Assembly (NCBI GenBank): GCA_013239625.1
Contig: MU053994.1
Location: 2,795,589-2,859,588, forward strand
Length of the DNA stretch: 64,000 nucleotides
From: Lama guanicoe
Lineage: Eukaryota
Direction of reading: 5' to 3'
Below, piece by piece: positions 27,020 through 41,400 of this stretch. The notes below the pieces were generated by a model. It was not told the origin of the DNA. It did no database searches and saw nothing but the letters and a program-made list of their open reading frames with translations. Numbering within the stretch: the stretch's first letter is position 1; every line of letters begins with the position of its first letter. Position numbers and translations under genes: made by a program.

Positions 27020-30000
27020 GTTCTCTAGGATAGAACACATACAAAACAAGCCTCAATAAATTTAAGAGGATGGAAATTATTTTAAGCACCTTCTCTGACC
27101 ACAATAGTACAAGACTAGATATCAATCATAGCAAGAGAAACAAGAAAAAAATGATTACATAGAGACTAAACAACATGCTACTAAAAAACCAATGGGTCAA
27201 TGACAAAATCAAAGAGGAAATTAAAAAATACATCGAAACACATGACAATGAAAATAAAACTATACAAAATCTAAGAGATGCAGCAAAAGCAGTCCTAATA
27301 AGGAAGTTCATAGTGATATAGGCCTTGCTCAAAAAACAAAAACAAAAAATATCAAAAATAAACAACCTAACCTATCTCCTAAAAGAAATAGAAAAAGAAC
27401 AACAGACAAAACCTAAAGTCAGCAGAAGGAAGGAAATAATAAGATCAGGGAGGAAATAAATAAAACAGAGACCAAAAAAATAGAAAAAATCAATAAACCC
27501 AAGAGCTGGTTTGTTGAAAGGATAAACAAAATTGACAAACCTCTGGCCAAGTTCACCAAGAAGAAACAAGAGAGGACCCAAATAAACAAAAGAAGAAATA
27601 AAAGAAGAGAAATAACAATACTACAAAAATACAGAAAATTATAAAAGAATACTATAAACAATTATATGCCAGCAAAATTGGACAACCTAAAAGAAATAGA
27701 CAAGTTTCTAGAAAAATACAGATCACCAAAACTGAATCAAGAAGAAACAGATAATTTGAATAGACCAATCACTAAAAGTGAAATAGAATCTATAATAATT
27801 TTTTTTAAATCCCTGCAAACAAAAGTCCAGGACCAAATGGCTTCACTGGGGAATTCTGCGAAACATACAAAGAAGAACTTACACAGATCCTTCTCAAACT
27901 CTTCCAAATGACTGAAGAAAACACTTCCAAAGTCTTTATGAAGTCACCATCACCCTGATACCAAAACCAGACAAAGACACTACCAAAAAAGGTTATAAGC
28001 CAATATCTTTGATGATTCCAGATGCAAAATCCTCAATGAAATATTAGCAAACTGAATTCAACAACACATAAAAAGGATTATACACCATAATCAGGTTGGA
28101 TTCATCCCAGGGTCACAAGGATGGTTCAATATATGCAAATTAAACAATGTGATACACCACATCAACAAAAGAAGACAAAAACCACATGATCATCTCAATA
28201 GATGCATAAGAAGCATTTGATAAAATTCAACATGTAATGTATAACTGAATTGCTTTGCTGTACACCTGAAACTAACATTGTAAATCAACTGGTTTGGTTT
28301 TTTGTTAAAATACAAAAATTTTAAAAAGGAAAAAATTCAACATCTGTTCATGATAAAAACTCTCACCAAAGTGGGTATAGAGGGAACATATCTCAACATA
28401 ATAAAAGCTATTTATGACAAACACACAGCCAACATAATACTCAACAGTGAAAAGCTGAAAGCCTTCCTGCTAAAATTCTGGAGCAAGACAAGGATGCCCA
28501 CACTCACCACTTCTATTCAACACAGTATTGGAAGTCCTAGCCATAGCAATCAGACAAGAAAAATTAATAAAAGGTATCCAAATTGGAAGGGAAGAGGTAA
28601 AATTGTCATTACATCAGATGACATTATACTACATATAGAGAACCCTAAAGACTCTACACAAAACTACTAAAACTGATAAACAAATTCAGCAAAGTAGCAG
28701 GATACAAGATTAACATACAGAAGTCTATTGTATTCATTTATACTAACAATGAAATAACAGAAAGAAAAAGTAAAAAATAATCCCTTTTAAAATCACATAA
28801 AAAAAATACCTAGGAATAAATGTGACCAAAGAAGTGAAAAACTTATATGCTGAGAATTATAAAACACTGATAAAGCAAACCAAAAATAATTCAAAGAAAT
28901 GGAAAGATATCCCATGCTCTTGGATTGGAAAAATTAATATTGTTATAATGGCCATAGTACCCAAAGCAATCTACACTTTAATGTGATCCCTATCAAATTA
29001 TCCATGACATTTTTCACACAGAACTAGAACTAGAACAAATAATCATAAAATTTACATGGAATCACAAAAGACCCAGAATTGCCAAAGCAATCCTGAGGAA
29101 GAACAAAGCTGGAGGCATAACCCTCCCAGACTTCAGACAAAACTACAAAGCTACAGTAATCAAACCAGTATGGTATTGGCACAAAAAACAGACATATGGA
29201 ACCGTGGAACAGAATAGAGAGCCCAGAAATAGAGCCACACACTTATGGTCAATTAATCTTTGACAAAGGAGGCAAGACTATACTGTGGAGAAAAGACAGT
29301 CTCTTCAGCAAGTAGTGTTGGGAAATTTGGACAGCTGCATCTAAATCAATGACGTTAGAACACTCCCTCACACTATACATAAAAATAAACTCAAAGACTT
29401 AAATACAAAACATAACACCATAAAACTCCTAGAAGAGAACATAGGCAAAACATTCCCTGACACAAATCATGGCAGTGTTTTCTTAGGTCAGTCTCCCAAG
29501 GTAATATAAATAAAGCCCAAAATAAACTAATGGATGTAATCAAACTTATAAGCTTTTGAACTTCACTCTACAGGAAGTGAAGGAAAACATAAACAAAATG
29601 AAAAGAAAGCTTACAGAATGGGAGAAAATATTTGCAAATGATCCAACTTACAAGGGCTTAATTTCCAAAATATACAAACAGTTCATACAGCCCAATATCA
29701 AAATCAAACAAACAACCCAATCAAAAAATGGGCAGAAGACCTAAATAGATATCTCTCCAAAGAAGACATCCAGATGGCCAACAGGCACATGAAAAGATGC
29801 TCAACATCACAAATTATTAGAGAAATGCGAATCAAAACTACAGTGAGGCATTGCCTCACACCAGTCAGAATGGCCATCAACAAAAAGTCTATAAATATAT
29901 ATATTTTATAGATATATTATGCTGAAGAGGGTGTGGGGAAAAAAGGAAACCTCCTATACTGTTTGCGGGAATTTAAATTGGTGCAGCCACTATGGAAAAC

Positions 30001-30219
30001 AGTATGGAGATTCCTTTAAAAACTGAAAATAGATTTCCATACAATCCAGCAATCCCACTCCTGGGCATATATTCAGAAAAGATAAAAAGTCTAATTCAAA
30101 AAGATACATGTACCTCAGTGTTCATAGCAGAACTATTTACAATAGCCAAGACATGGAAGCAACCTAAGTGTCCCTCAACAGGTGACTGGATAAAGAAGAT
30201 GTGGTATATATATCTCTAT

Positions 30220-30267
<48 letters not shown>

Positions 30268-30735
30268 GAATATTACTTAGCCATAGAAAAGAATGAAATA
30301 ATGCCATTTGCAGCAACATAGATGGACCTAGAGATTACCATACTAAGTGAAGCAAGTCAGAAAAGAAAGACAAATATCATATGATATCACTTATACGTGG
30401 AACCTAAAAAAAGGATATAAATGAACTTATTTACAAAACAGAAACAGACTCACAGACAGGAAACAAACTTACCAAAGGGGAAAGGGGGAGGGATAAATTA
30501 GGAGCTTCTGATTAATAGATACACACTAGTAAATATAAAATAAACAACAAGGACCTACTGTATAGCACAGGGAACTATATTCAATATTTTGTAATAACCT
30601 ATAATGGAAAAGAATCTGAAAAATTATATATATATATTGAATATATATATATTCAAATATATATATATTTGAATCACTTTGTTATATAACTGAAAGTAAC
30701 ACAACATTGTAAATCAACTATACCTCAATTTAAAA
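27020..30735 (+). mobile_element. Younger 5'-truncated L1 (ORF2 and 3'UTR) nested in the L1MB
   Basis: ORF2 peptides ([15 protein letters not shown]..., GTYLNIIKAIYDK..., KTWKQPKCPS); lineage-type 3'UTR; TSD aatgttca at 27012-27019 and 30736-30743. Confidence 0.9.
28234..28331 (+). mobile_element. ~100-bp L1 3' tail inserted into the young L1
   Basis: 'tataactgaattgctttgctgtacacctgaaactaacattgtaaatcaact'; perfect TSD aaaattcaacat at 28222-28233 and 28332-28343. Confidence 0.85.
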
Positions 30736-31260
30736 AATGTTCACATAAAAACTTGTACTCAAATGTTCATAGTAGCATCGTTCATAATAGCCAAAAAGTG
30801 GAAACAATCCAAATGTCCATCAACTGAAGAATGGGTAAATAAAATGTAGTATATCTGCAGAATGGAATATTATTCAGCCATAAAAAGGAATGAAGTACTA
30901 ATACATACTACAGCATGGATGGATCTTGAAAACATTATACTAAGGGAAAGAAACCAGAAAAAAAAGGCCACATGTTATATGATTCCATTTATGTGAAAAG
31001 TCAAAATTGGCAAATCCACAGAGACAGAAAGTAGATTGGTCATTGCCACTGGCTAGGAGTAGAAAGGAATAGTAAGTGGTTGTTACTGAGCATGGGGTTT
31101 ATTTTTAGGATGATGAAAATATTCTGGAATTAGATAGTGGTTATGGTTCCATGACCTTGCAAACACACCAAAACCCACTAAAGTATATACTTTAAAATGG
31201 TGAATTTTACTGTATGTGAATTATGTATCAGTAAGAAACTCTATTACCAAAAAAAAAAAA

Positions 31261-31378
31261 ATCTTCCTGATGACTTTCAATTTTAAGATACTTCCTGATA
31301 CATTTAAGACCTGTTCTGACTTTTTAAGACCTTTAAGAACATGCTGGAGATGTGGAGACCCTTCCTGACGTTTTTAAG
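31261..31378. repeat. Remnant of the 21-bp array
   Basis: 'tttaagatacttcctgatacatttaagacctgttctgac...ggagacccttcctgacg'. Confidence 0.85.
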
Positions 31379-31389
31379 GTTATAAATGG

Positions 31390-33540
31390 CTTTATTTTTC
31401 TTCAGCTTTATTGAGATATACTTCACATAAAACATTGTGTAACTTAAAGGTGTACAATGAGATCATTTGATACATGCGTATATTGTGAAATGATTACCAC
31501 AGTAAGGTTAGTTAACACCTCCCTCGCCTGACATAATTACCTTTTCTCTGTGTGTGGTAAGAACATTTGATATACTCTCAGCAACTTTCAAGTATATAAT
31601 AAACTGTTGTTAACTATACTCACCATGCTATACATTAGATCCCCAGAACTTATCCATCTTATAACTGGAAGTTTATACCCTTCCACCAACATCTCCCATT
31701 TATTCCACCACCACCACCACCACCACCCCACCTTAGCCCCTCAGCTCCTTGGCAACCATCATTCTACTTTGTTTCTATGAGTTCAGCCTTGTTAGATTCC
31801 CCATAAAAGTGAGGTCATTCAGCATTTGCCCTTATCTGACTTATTTACCTAGCATAATGCCCTCAAGGTCCATCCATGTTGTCACAAATGGCAGGATTTC
31901 CTTCCTTTTTATGGCTGAATAATATTCCTGCGTGTGTATGTATGTATCACATTTTCTTCATCCATTCATCAGCCAATAGACACTTAGGTTGTTTCCATGT
32001 ACTAACTATTGTTAATAATGCTGCAATGAACATGGGAGGTCAGGTAACTATTTGAGGTCCTGATTGCATTTCCTTTGGCTATATCCAGAAATGCAATTGC
32101 TAGATCATATGGTAATCCTTTTTTTAATTTTTTGAGGAAACTCCATACTGTTTTCCAAATGGCTGTATCAATTTACATTCCCAATGTCAATAAGTGTTCC
32201 TTTTTCCATATCCTTGCCAACACTTGTTATCCCTTGCCTTCTTGAAGACAGCCATTTTAACAAGTGTGAGGTTTTAATCTGTGGTTTTGAGCTGCATTTC
32301 CCTGATGATTAGTGATGTTGATCACCTTTTCATGACCTGTTGTCCATTTGTATGTCTTATTTGGGAAAATGTCTTTTCAGGACCTTTGACCATTTTCAAT
32401 TGGATTGTTTGGGGTTTTGTTCTGTTCTGTTTTGTTTTGGTTTTGCTATTGAGTTGTATGAGTGCCTTATATATTTTGGATATTAACCTCTTATGAGATA
32501 TACAGTCTGCAAATATTTTCTCCCATTTCATAGGTTGCCTTTCCATTTCGTTTATTATAACTTCTGCTGTGTAGACGTTTTTTGGTTGCTGTAGACCCAC
32601 TCATTTATTTTTGCTTTGTTGCTTGTGCTTTTGGTGTCATATCAAACAAATTATTGTCGACCCTCATGTTAAGGAGCTTTTCCCCTGTGTTTTCTTCTGT
32701 GAGTTTTACAGATTCGGGTCTTATATTTAAGTCTTTAATCCATTTTGAGTTAATTTTGGTGAGTGGTGTAAGATAGGGATCCATTTCATTCTTTTACATG
32801 TGAATATCCAGTTTTCCCAACACCATTTATTGAAAAAACTATCCTTCCTCATTGAGTATTCTTGGCTCCCTTGTCAAATATTAGTTGACAGTATGTGCAT
32901 GGTTTTACTTCTGGGCTTTCAGCTCTGTTCCATTGGTCTATGTGTCTATTTTGATGCCAGTACTATACTGTTTTTGTAACTATATCTTTTTTAATATACT
33001 TTGAAATCAGGAAGTGTGTGATGCCTCCAGCTCTGTTCTTTCTCAAAATGCTTAGGCTATTTATAGTCTTTTGTAGTTCCAAATGAATTTTAGGATTGTT
33101 TTTCTATTTCTGTAAAAAATACCACTGGAATTTTGATAGGGATTGCACTGAGTATATAAATGGCTTTGGTTAATATGGACATTTTAACAACGTTAATTCT
33201 TCCAAACCATGAACACAGGGTATCTTTCCACTTATTTGTGTCTTCTCAGTTTCTTTCATCAGTGTTTTATAGTATTTTCATTGTACACATCTTTCACCTC
33301 TTTGGTTAAGATTTTTCCTAACTACTATATTACTTTTCAATGCTATCGTAAATGGGATTGCTTTATTTATTTTTCAGATATTTCATTGTTAGTGTATAGA
33401 AACACAACTAATTTTTGTATGTTGATTTTGTATCCTGCAACTTTTCTGAATCTGTTGATTAGTTATAGCAGTTTTTTTGGTGGGGTCTTTAGGATTTTCT
33501 ACGTATAAGATTGTATCATCTACAAACAAAGACAATTCTA
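31390..33540 (-). mobile_element. L1MA-type 3' end and ORF2
   Basis: Antisense L1 3'UTR followed by ORF2 (WEKIFADCISHKRLISKIYK). Confidence 0.85.
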
Positions 33541-36500
33541 TTTCTTTTTGTTGATATATGTTTCAGGTGTACAACATTATAATTTGACATCTGTATATGT
33601 TACAAAGTGATCACATCCCCCCATAATATAGTTACCATCCATCACCATATAATTGACCTCATTCACCCCTTTCATCTACCCCGACCCCCTTCCCCTCTGG
33701 TAACCACTGATCCATTCTCTGTATCTGTAAGTTTGCTTCTGTTTTGTTTATGTTGTTTTGTTTTGTTTATTTTGTTTTGTTTTGTTTAGATTCCTCATAT
33801 AAGTGAAATCATACAGTTTTGGTCTTTTTTCTTCTGACTTATTTCACTTAGCCTAATACCCTCAAAGTCCATCCATGTCATCACAAATGGCAGCATATTC
33901 TTTTATGGCTGAGTAGTATTCCACTGTATATATACACCCCATCCTCTTTATCCATTCCTCTGTTGATGGACACTTACGTTGTTTCCACATATTGGCTATT
34001 GTAAATAATGCTGCTAGGAACACAGGGGTGCCTATATCTTTTCAAATTAGTGCTTTCATATTCTTCAAATAAAAACCCAGAAATGGAATAGCTAGATCAT
34101 ATGGTGGTTCTGTAGTTCTAGTCTTGACTTTTTGAGGAATCTCCATACTGTTTAGTGATTGCACCAATTTACAATTGTCCCAACAGTCGAGGAGGGATCC
34201 CTTTTCTCCACATCCTCTCCAACACTTGTTATTTCTTGTCTTTTTGATAATTGCTATTCTAATAGGTTTGGGAGATATTTTATTGTGGTTTTGATGTGCA
34301 TTTCTCTAATTATTAATGAAGTTGAACACCTTTTCATGTGCTTGTTGGCCATTTGTATGTCTTCTATAGAAAAATGTCTATTCATATCATCTGCCCAATT
34401 TTTAACTGGGCTGTCTTTTTGTTGCTGAGTTGTATGAGCTCTTTATATATTGGTAGAAACCTCTTACTGGATTGGTAAATATCTTCTCCCATTCAGTAGG
34501 ATGCCTTTTTGTTTTGTTGATGGTTTCCTTCACTGTGCAGAAGCTGTGTAGTTTAATGTTGTCCCATTTGTTTATTTTTGCATTTGTTTCCCTTGCCTTT
34601 GGAGTTAGAGCCACAAAATGCATTGCTAAGATCAATATCAATGAGGCTACTGTCTATGCTTTCTTCTTGGAATTTTATGGTTTCAGGTCTTACATGCATG
34701 TGTTTAATCCACTTTGAGTTCATATTTGAGTATGATGTAGGATAGTGATCTAGACTGATTCTTTTACATGTGTCTGTCCAGATTTCCTAACATCATTTAT
34801 TGAAGAGACTTTCCTTTCTCCATTCTACATTCTTTGCTCCTTTGTCATAAACTAATTGTCCATATACATGTACATTTATTTCTGGGCTCTCAATTATGTT
34901 CCATTGATGTGTGTCTGTTTTTTTGTGCCAGTACCATATCATTTTGATTACTATAGCTTTGTAGTATAGTTTGAAATCAGGGAACATAGTACCTCCAGCT
35001 TTGTTCTTCTTTCTCAAGATTGTTTTGACTATTCAGGATCTTTTGTGGCTCCACACAAATTTCATATTTGTTCTAGTTCTGTGAAATACTCCATTGGAAT
35101 TTAGATAGGGATTGCACTGAGTCTATATAGTTTTGGGTAATACGGATCTTTTAATGATATTAAATCTTCCCATATATAAGCACAGAATATATTTCTATTT
35201 ATTTGTCTCTTCTTCAATTTCTTTCATCAGTGTTTTATAGTTTTCAGTGTACTGGTCTTTCACCTCCTTGGTAAACTTATTCTTAGATATTTTATTCTTT
35301 TTGATGCAATTGTAAATGGAATTGTTTTCTTAATTTCTCTGATAATTCATTTTTAGTGTAAAGAAATGACACAGATTTCTGTATACCAATTTTGTATCCT
35401 GTGACTTTGCTTAATTCACTTCTTAGTTCTAACAGTTTTTTTGGTAGTCTTTAGGGTTTTTCTATGTACGGTATCCTGTCACCTGCAAATGATGATAGTT
35501 TTACTTCTTCCTTTCTGATTTGGATGCCTTTTATTTCTTTTTCTTGCCTAATTGTTGTGGCTAGGACTTCCAATAGTATGTTGAATAAATATGGTAAGAG
35601 TGGGCACTCTCGTCTTGCTCCTGATCTTAGAGAAAAAGGTCTCCACCTTTCACTACTGATTATAATGTTAGCTGTGGGCTTGTCATGTATGTCCTTTACT
35701 ATATTGAGGTACATTCTTTCTATATATAATTAATTGAGAGTTTTTATAATGAAAGGATGTTAAATTTTTGTCAAATGATTTTTCTACATCTGTTGAGATG
35801 TTCATGTGATTTTTATCCTTCACTCTGTCAACATGGTATATATCATATTAATAGATTTGCATTATGTTGAACCATCCTTGCATCCCAGGGATAAATCCCA
35901 CTTGATCATGATGTGTGATCCTTTTAACGTGCTGCTGAATTCAGCTTGCTAGTATGTTGTCGAGAACTTTTGCATCTATATTCACCAGGGATATTTGCCT
36001 GTAGTTTTCTTTTCTTGTGGTATCCTTATCTGACTTTGGTATGAGGGTAATGCTGGCCTGATAAAATGAGTTTGGAAGTGTTCCCTCCTCTTCAATTTTT
36101 CTGGAAGAATTTAAGAAGGATTGGTATCAATTCTTTATATATTTGATAGAATTCACCAGTGAAACCATCTTGTCCTGGGGTTTTCTTTGTTGGGAGGTTT
36201 TGATTACTGATCCAATCTTCACATTCATTATTAGTCTGTTCATATATTTTATTTCTTCAATATCCAGTCTTGATAGGTTCTATGTTTCTAGGAATTTGCC
36301 CATTTCTTCTAGGCTATCCAATTTTTTAGTGTATGATTCTTCACAGTAGTCCTTATTATCCTTCGCATTTTTGTGGTATCCGTTGTAATGTCTTCTCTTC
36401 CATTTCTGATTTTATTTATTTGAGTCTTCTTTTTTGCTTAATTGGTCTAACTAATAAAGGTTTGTCAATTCTGTTTATCTTTTCAAAAAAACAGCTCTTA

Positions 36501-36852
36501 GTTTTGTTGATCTTTTCTTTTCTTTTTTTCTGGTCTCTATTTCACTTGTTCCTGTTCTGATCTTTTTTATTTCCTTCCTTCTGCTAACTTTGGGATAGCT
36601 TGCTCTTCCTTTTCCAGTTCCTTGCGGTGTAAAATTAGGTTGTTTATCCGAAATCTTTCTTTTTCCTTAATGTAGGTCTATATCACCACAAACTTCCCTC
36701 TTAGAACTTCTTTTGTTGCACCCCATGAGTTTGGGCATGTTGTGCTTCCATTTTTGTTTAAGATTTTTTAAACTTCCCTTTTGATTTCTTCCTTGACCCA
36801 CTGGTTTTTCAAGAGTGTTTTGTTTAATTTCCACATATCTGTAAATTTCCCC
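33541..36852 (-). mobile_element. Second L1 3' end and ORF2, extending to just after the endonuclease domain
   Basis: New 3'UTR begins at 33541; ORF2 peptides [58 protein letters not shown]. Confidence 0.85.
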
Positions 36853-38015
36853 AGGAAGAGCAGAACTTCAGTATTTATCATTCCACCCTCTAGGTACCTG
36901 CTGCAGAGGCTAACTTCCAGGCAAGTATGGATGCGGGGTCCTGGGATCCTGTCTTCCACACAGCCCCCGCTCCTTGGGTGGAAGATCTACTTTGGATACG
37001 GTACACTGAGAATGCTGGGGCCTTGATCACTCTCGTCCCAGCTTGTTAGAAGGGCAGAGGTTTCAGGCAGGAAGAGGTAAACTGAGAAGACCAGAGGCTA
37101 CCAACCCCTGCTCAGTGCCGAGCTCCTAATGTAGGCGTTATCACTCAGAAAGAAGCATGCCACTGTTCCCACCCCCAGGTATGGAGCCATGGCTTAGAAA
37201 TTTTGCCCAAAGGGACAGGCAGGCCATAAAACAGCTCTGGAGCTCCTTCCAAAAGAACTAACTTTATTTGAAACACGGTATAAGGCAACTCAAACCTAAG
37301 GAAACTCTCAAAAACAATGGAGGTTTTGGTGGAAAGCAGTTAGGAGGAGACTGATAGTTTCGTTAGAGATATGAGCTAAATCACAGGCCAACTAGTTTAC
37401 AGGCAGAACCAGGGAAAGCAACAGCTAGAATAGCCCTCCTAGGGTCAGAAAAAAACCTCAAACACCGTCCCTCCAAGGTAGTCTGAATCTAAAGGGTTCA
37501 TTCTGCGGGGCAATTTATGCCCCAGAGCATTGTTGAAAGCAATACAGCAATCAGCCAGCAATTAGTGGAGTTTAACCGCTGGGTGTGATCAGGGAAAGAG
37601 AGCCCAGCTAAAGCCACCTTCATCCCAGGCTGGTTGTTCATACCGAAGACTTTGCCCTCTGAGGAACAGTATCAGAGGTTTCATACTGAAGGGGAAATCG
37701 ACTTCACTAAACTCATCCAGCCAGTCACTATGCAAATATACAAACAACAATAACTAGCCCCAGGGACAAGGGAATCAGTGCTTAGAGTTGCTATAGTATA
37801 TAAAATGCCCAGTTTTCAACAAAAAATTACAAGACATGAAAAGAAACAGGAAAGTATGATTCACACACAGGGAAAAAAAATCAGGCTACAGAAACTGCCT
37901 CGGAGAGCAATCAGATGTCAGATTTAATAGATCAAGACGTCAAAGTAGCCATTATAAATATATTCAAAGAACTAAAGGAAATCATGCTTAAAGGAGGAAA
38001 GGAAGGTATGATGAC

Positions 38016-38371
38016 TGTGATAGACAATGTTTGTGTTCCCCTCAAAATTTATATGTTGAAATCTAATCCCCACTGCTATGGTGTTTGGAGGCAGAGCTTT
38101 GGAAGGTAATTAGATCATGAGGGTGGAGTCCTTAAGAATGGGATTACTGTCCTTATAAAAGAGACCCCAGAGAGCTCCCTTGGCCCTTCTGCCTTGTGAG
38201 GATACAATGAAAAGACAGCTGTCTATGAACCAGGAAGCAGGCCCTTACCAAGTGTGCCACCACCTTGATCCTGGAGTTCCCAGCCCCCAGAATTGTGAGA
38301 AATAAATGTTTATTGTTTAAGACACCCAGTCTGTGGTATTTTTGTTATAGCAGCCCTAATCTACTACAAGA
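38016..38371 (+). mobile_element. MLT1A-like MaLR solo LTR
   Basis: 'tgtgatagacaatgtttgtgttcccctcaaaatttatatgttgaaatc...gtgagaaataaatg'; 5-bp TSD atgac at 38011-38015 and 38372-38376. Confidence 0.85.
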
Positions 38372-38468
38372 ATGACCATGTCTTATCAAGTAGGGAATAG
38401 CAATAAAGAGATAAAAGTTACACAAAAGAGCAAAACGCAAATTCTGGACTTGGAAATATAATAACTGA

Positions 38469-41400
38469 GACTTTCAGTTTCTGGTTCTGCATGTAAGGAG
38501 CTTGGAAGTTGCCACTCTATCCTAATAACAAGTGAAAAACTGAACAGACTGAAAAAGCAACAGCTCTTCCTGGGTCTGAAAGAGGGGAGGACACAGGGCA
38601 AATGAGCACCCCTAAGGCTGAAGAGACAGACATGTGAACACAGGGGGTCACAGCTTACCTGAACAGAGTTATGAGTGAAAACCACCATAGGGACCAGCGC
38701 AAGGGTAGGAAAATCTGAACTGTAATTGACGAACTGCTGGAGGCTCAGTGTGCAATTCTGAGAGCTAAGAACTCCAGGGGGAACCCAATCATAAGGGGGC
38801 CTCCACAATATTGTGAGATTTACCACCAGGAACTCAACCAGTTTCCCACAGTAAATATCAAAGAAAAATCCCGTCATGTTTCTGGGGAAGGGGGACAGAA
38901 AGGAAAGGGTTTTGATATACACTACCACACTCTGTTCTTAACAAGGTCTGCCCTCATGGGAAACTAGTTAACCAGAGCCTAACCTGCTGGGGTATTATCA
39001 GAGCCTAACTGACCTAAGAGGAAGGGAAATACCCAACTCCAGTCCATTCTAGCCATCTTGTCCCAATTATGGGAGAAGAAAAAAACAGAAACTCTTGTGA
39101 AGTTCAAAGTCCAGAGGCATAGTGTCACTAAGTGACCGAGATCTAATCATAGGACTGTACAATGCTTCCCCTCCCCCCACACCTCACCACATTACTAAGG
39201 ACTATTTACAGCAGTTACTTTTACCCAGTACACCATATCTGGCTACTAAGGAAAAATTACAAGGCATACCGAAAGGCAAAAAACACACTTTGAAGTGAGA
39301 GTAAGCCTCAGAACCAGACATGGAAGGAATGTTGGAATTATCAGACCGGAGTTTAAAACAACTATGATTAAAATGCTAAGGGCCCTAATAGATAAAGTAG
39401 ACAGCATGTAAAAACAGATGGGCAATGTAAGTAGAGATATAAGAATCCTAAGAAGGAGCCAAAAAGAAAAGCTGGAGATTAAAAACACTGTAACAGAAGT
39501 GAAGAATGCCTTTGATGGGCTTATTAGTATCCTGGACATGGCTGAGGAAGGAATCTCTGAGCTAGACGATACATCAATAGAATCCTCAAAAACTGAAAGC
39601 AAAGAGAACAAAGCCTGAAAAAATCCCGGAAAAGAATATCCAAGGATATTCTAAAAAAAAAAAATCTGACATAGGCATACTGGGAATACCATAAGGAGAA
39701 GAAAAAGAAAAAAGAACAGAAGAAATATCTGAAACAATAATGACTGAGAATTTCCCCCAAATTAATGTCAAACACCAAACCACAGATACAGGAAGCTTAG
39801 AGAAGGCAAAACTAGATAAATGACAATAGAACTATACCCCGGCATATCATTTTCAAACTACAGAAGATCAAAGATAAAGAAAAAGAAACCTGAAAGAAGC
39901 CAGAGGTAAAAAAGCAAATAAAACAACAACAAAACCCCACAACACCTTACCTATACAGAAACAAAGATAAGAATTGCATCTGACTACTCCTCAGAAATCA
40001 TGCAGGCAAGAAGAGAATGGAGTGAAACATTTAAAGCGTTGAGAGGAAAAAACCCACCAACCTAGAATTCTGTACATTGTACAATCAACCTTCAAAAGTG
40101 AAGAAGAAATAAAGACTTTCTCAGACAAACAAAAATTGAGAAAATTTGTTGCCAGTAGATCTGCCTTGCAAAAAATGTTAAAAGAAGTTCTTTTGAGAAA
40201 AGAAAAATAATATAGGTCAGAAACTCGATCTACATAAATTAAGGGAAAACATCAAAGAAGGAATAAGTGAAGGTAAAATTAAAACTTTTTCTTATTCTTA
40301 ATTGATCTAACAGATAACAGTTTGTTCAAAATAATGATACCACCAATATATTGGATTATGTATGCTTATGTATACTTCATATATAGATATATGTTTATGT
40401 ATACTTACATAGAAGTGAAATGAATGACAGCAATGATACAAGGGATGGAAAGAAGAAATTAGGATTATTTTGTTACTATAAGGTACTCATTCTACCCATG
40501 AGGGGATATAGCGCTACTTGAAAGTGGATTTGGTTTAGCTATAAATGTATTTGCAAACCTTAGGGCAACCACTAAAAAAAGTTTAAAAAGAATCATGACC
40601 TATATACTATGAAAGGAGAGAAAATGAAATGATAAAAAATACTCATTAAAACCACAGTCAGGAAAAAAAAAAGTGGAAGACAAAAATAGGAACAAAGAAC
40701 AAGAGCCACAAATAGAAAACAGTAATGAATAGGGTAGATATTAATTCAACTATATCAATAATCATTTTGAATGTCAGTGGTCTAAATGCAGCAATTAAAA
40801 GACAGAAAGTCAGAGTGGATCAAAAACCAGGATCCAACTATACGTTGTCTACAAGAAACCCACTTAAAATATAAAGGCACATCCAGATTAAAAGTAAACA
40901 GATGGAAGAAAACACACCATGCTAATGCTAATCAAAAGAAAGCAGGAATCATTATATTAATTTCAGACAGTGCAAACTTCAAAGCAAGGAATATTATCAA
41001 GGATAAAGAAGAGCATTACACAATAATAAAGGGGTCAGTTCCCCCAAAAGACATAACAATCCTTAGCGTGTTTGTGCCTAACAACAGTGTTGAACTGTGC
41101 GAGGCCAAAACTAATAACCTTGCGAAGAGAAGTAGATAAGCCCACTATCATAGTCAGATACTTCAAGTCTATCAGAAATGGACAGATTCAGGTGGCAGAC
41201 AATCAGTAAATTGTATCAGTAGTTAAATTTAACAACATCATCAATCAACTGGATATAATGACATCTATGGAGCGTTTCATCCAACAACAGCAGAAGATAC
41301 ATTTTTCTCAAGCTCACATGGAACATTCACCAAGACAGACCAAATTCTGGGCTATAAAAGACATTTTAACACATTTAAAAGAATAGAAATTTTATATTGT

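Larger units (their letters stand above)
26955..31260 (+). mobile_element. L1MB-type 3' end (pieces 26955-27019 and 30736-31260) inserted into the array
   Basis: L1MB-type 3' sequence ending in poly(A) at 31249-31260; TSD aaactcttcct (26944-26954) / aaaatcttcct (31258-31268). Confidence 0.85.

Noticed and set aside
38386..38928. 180-aa minus-strand ORF
   Set aside because: Antisense to an L1 5'UTR and crosses an insertion junction; no homology recognised.
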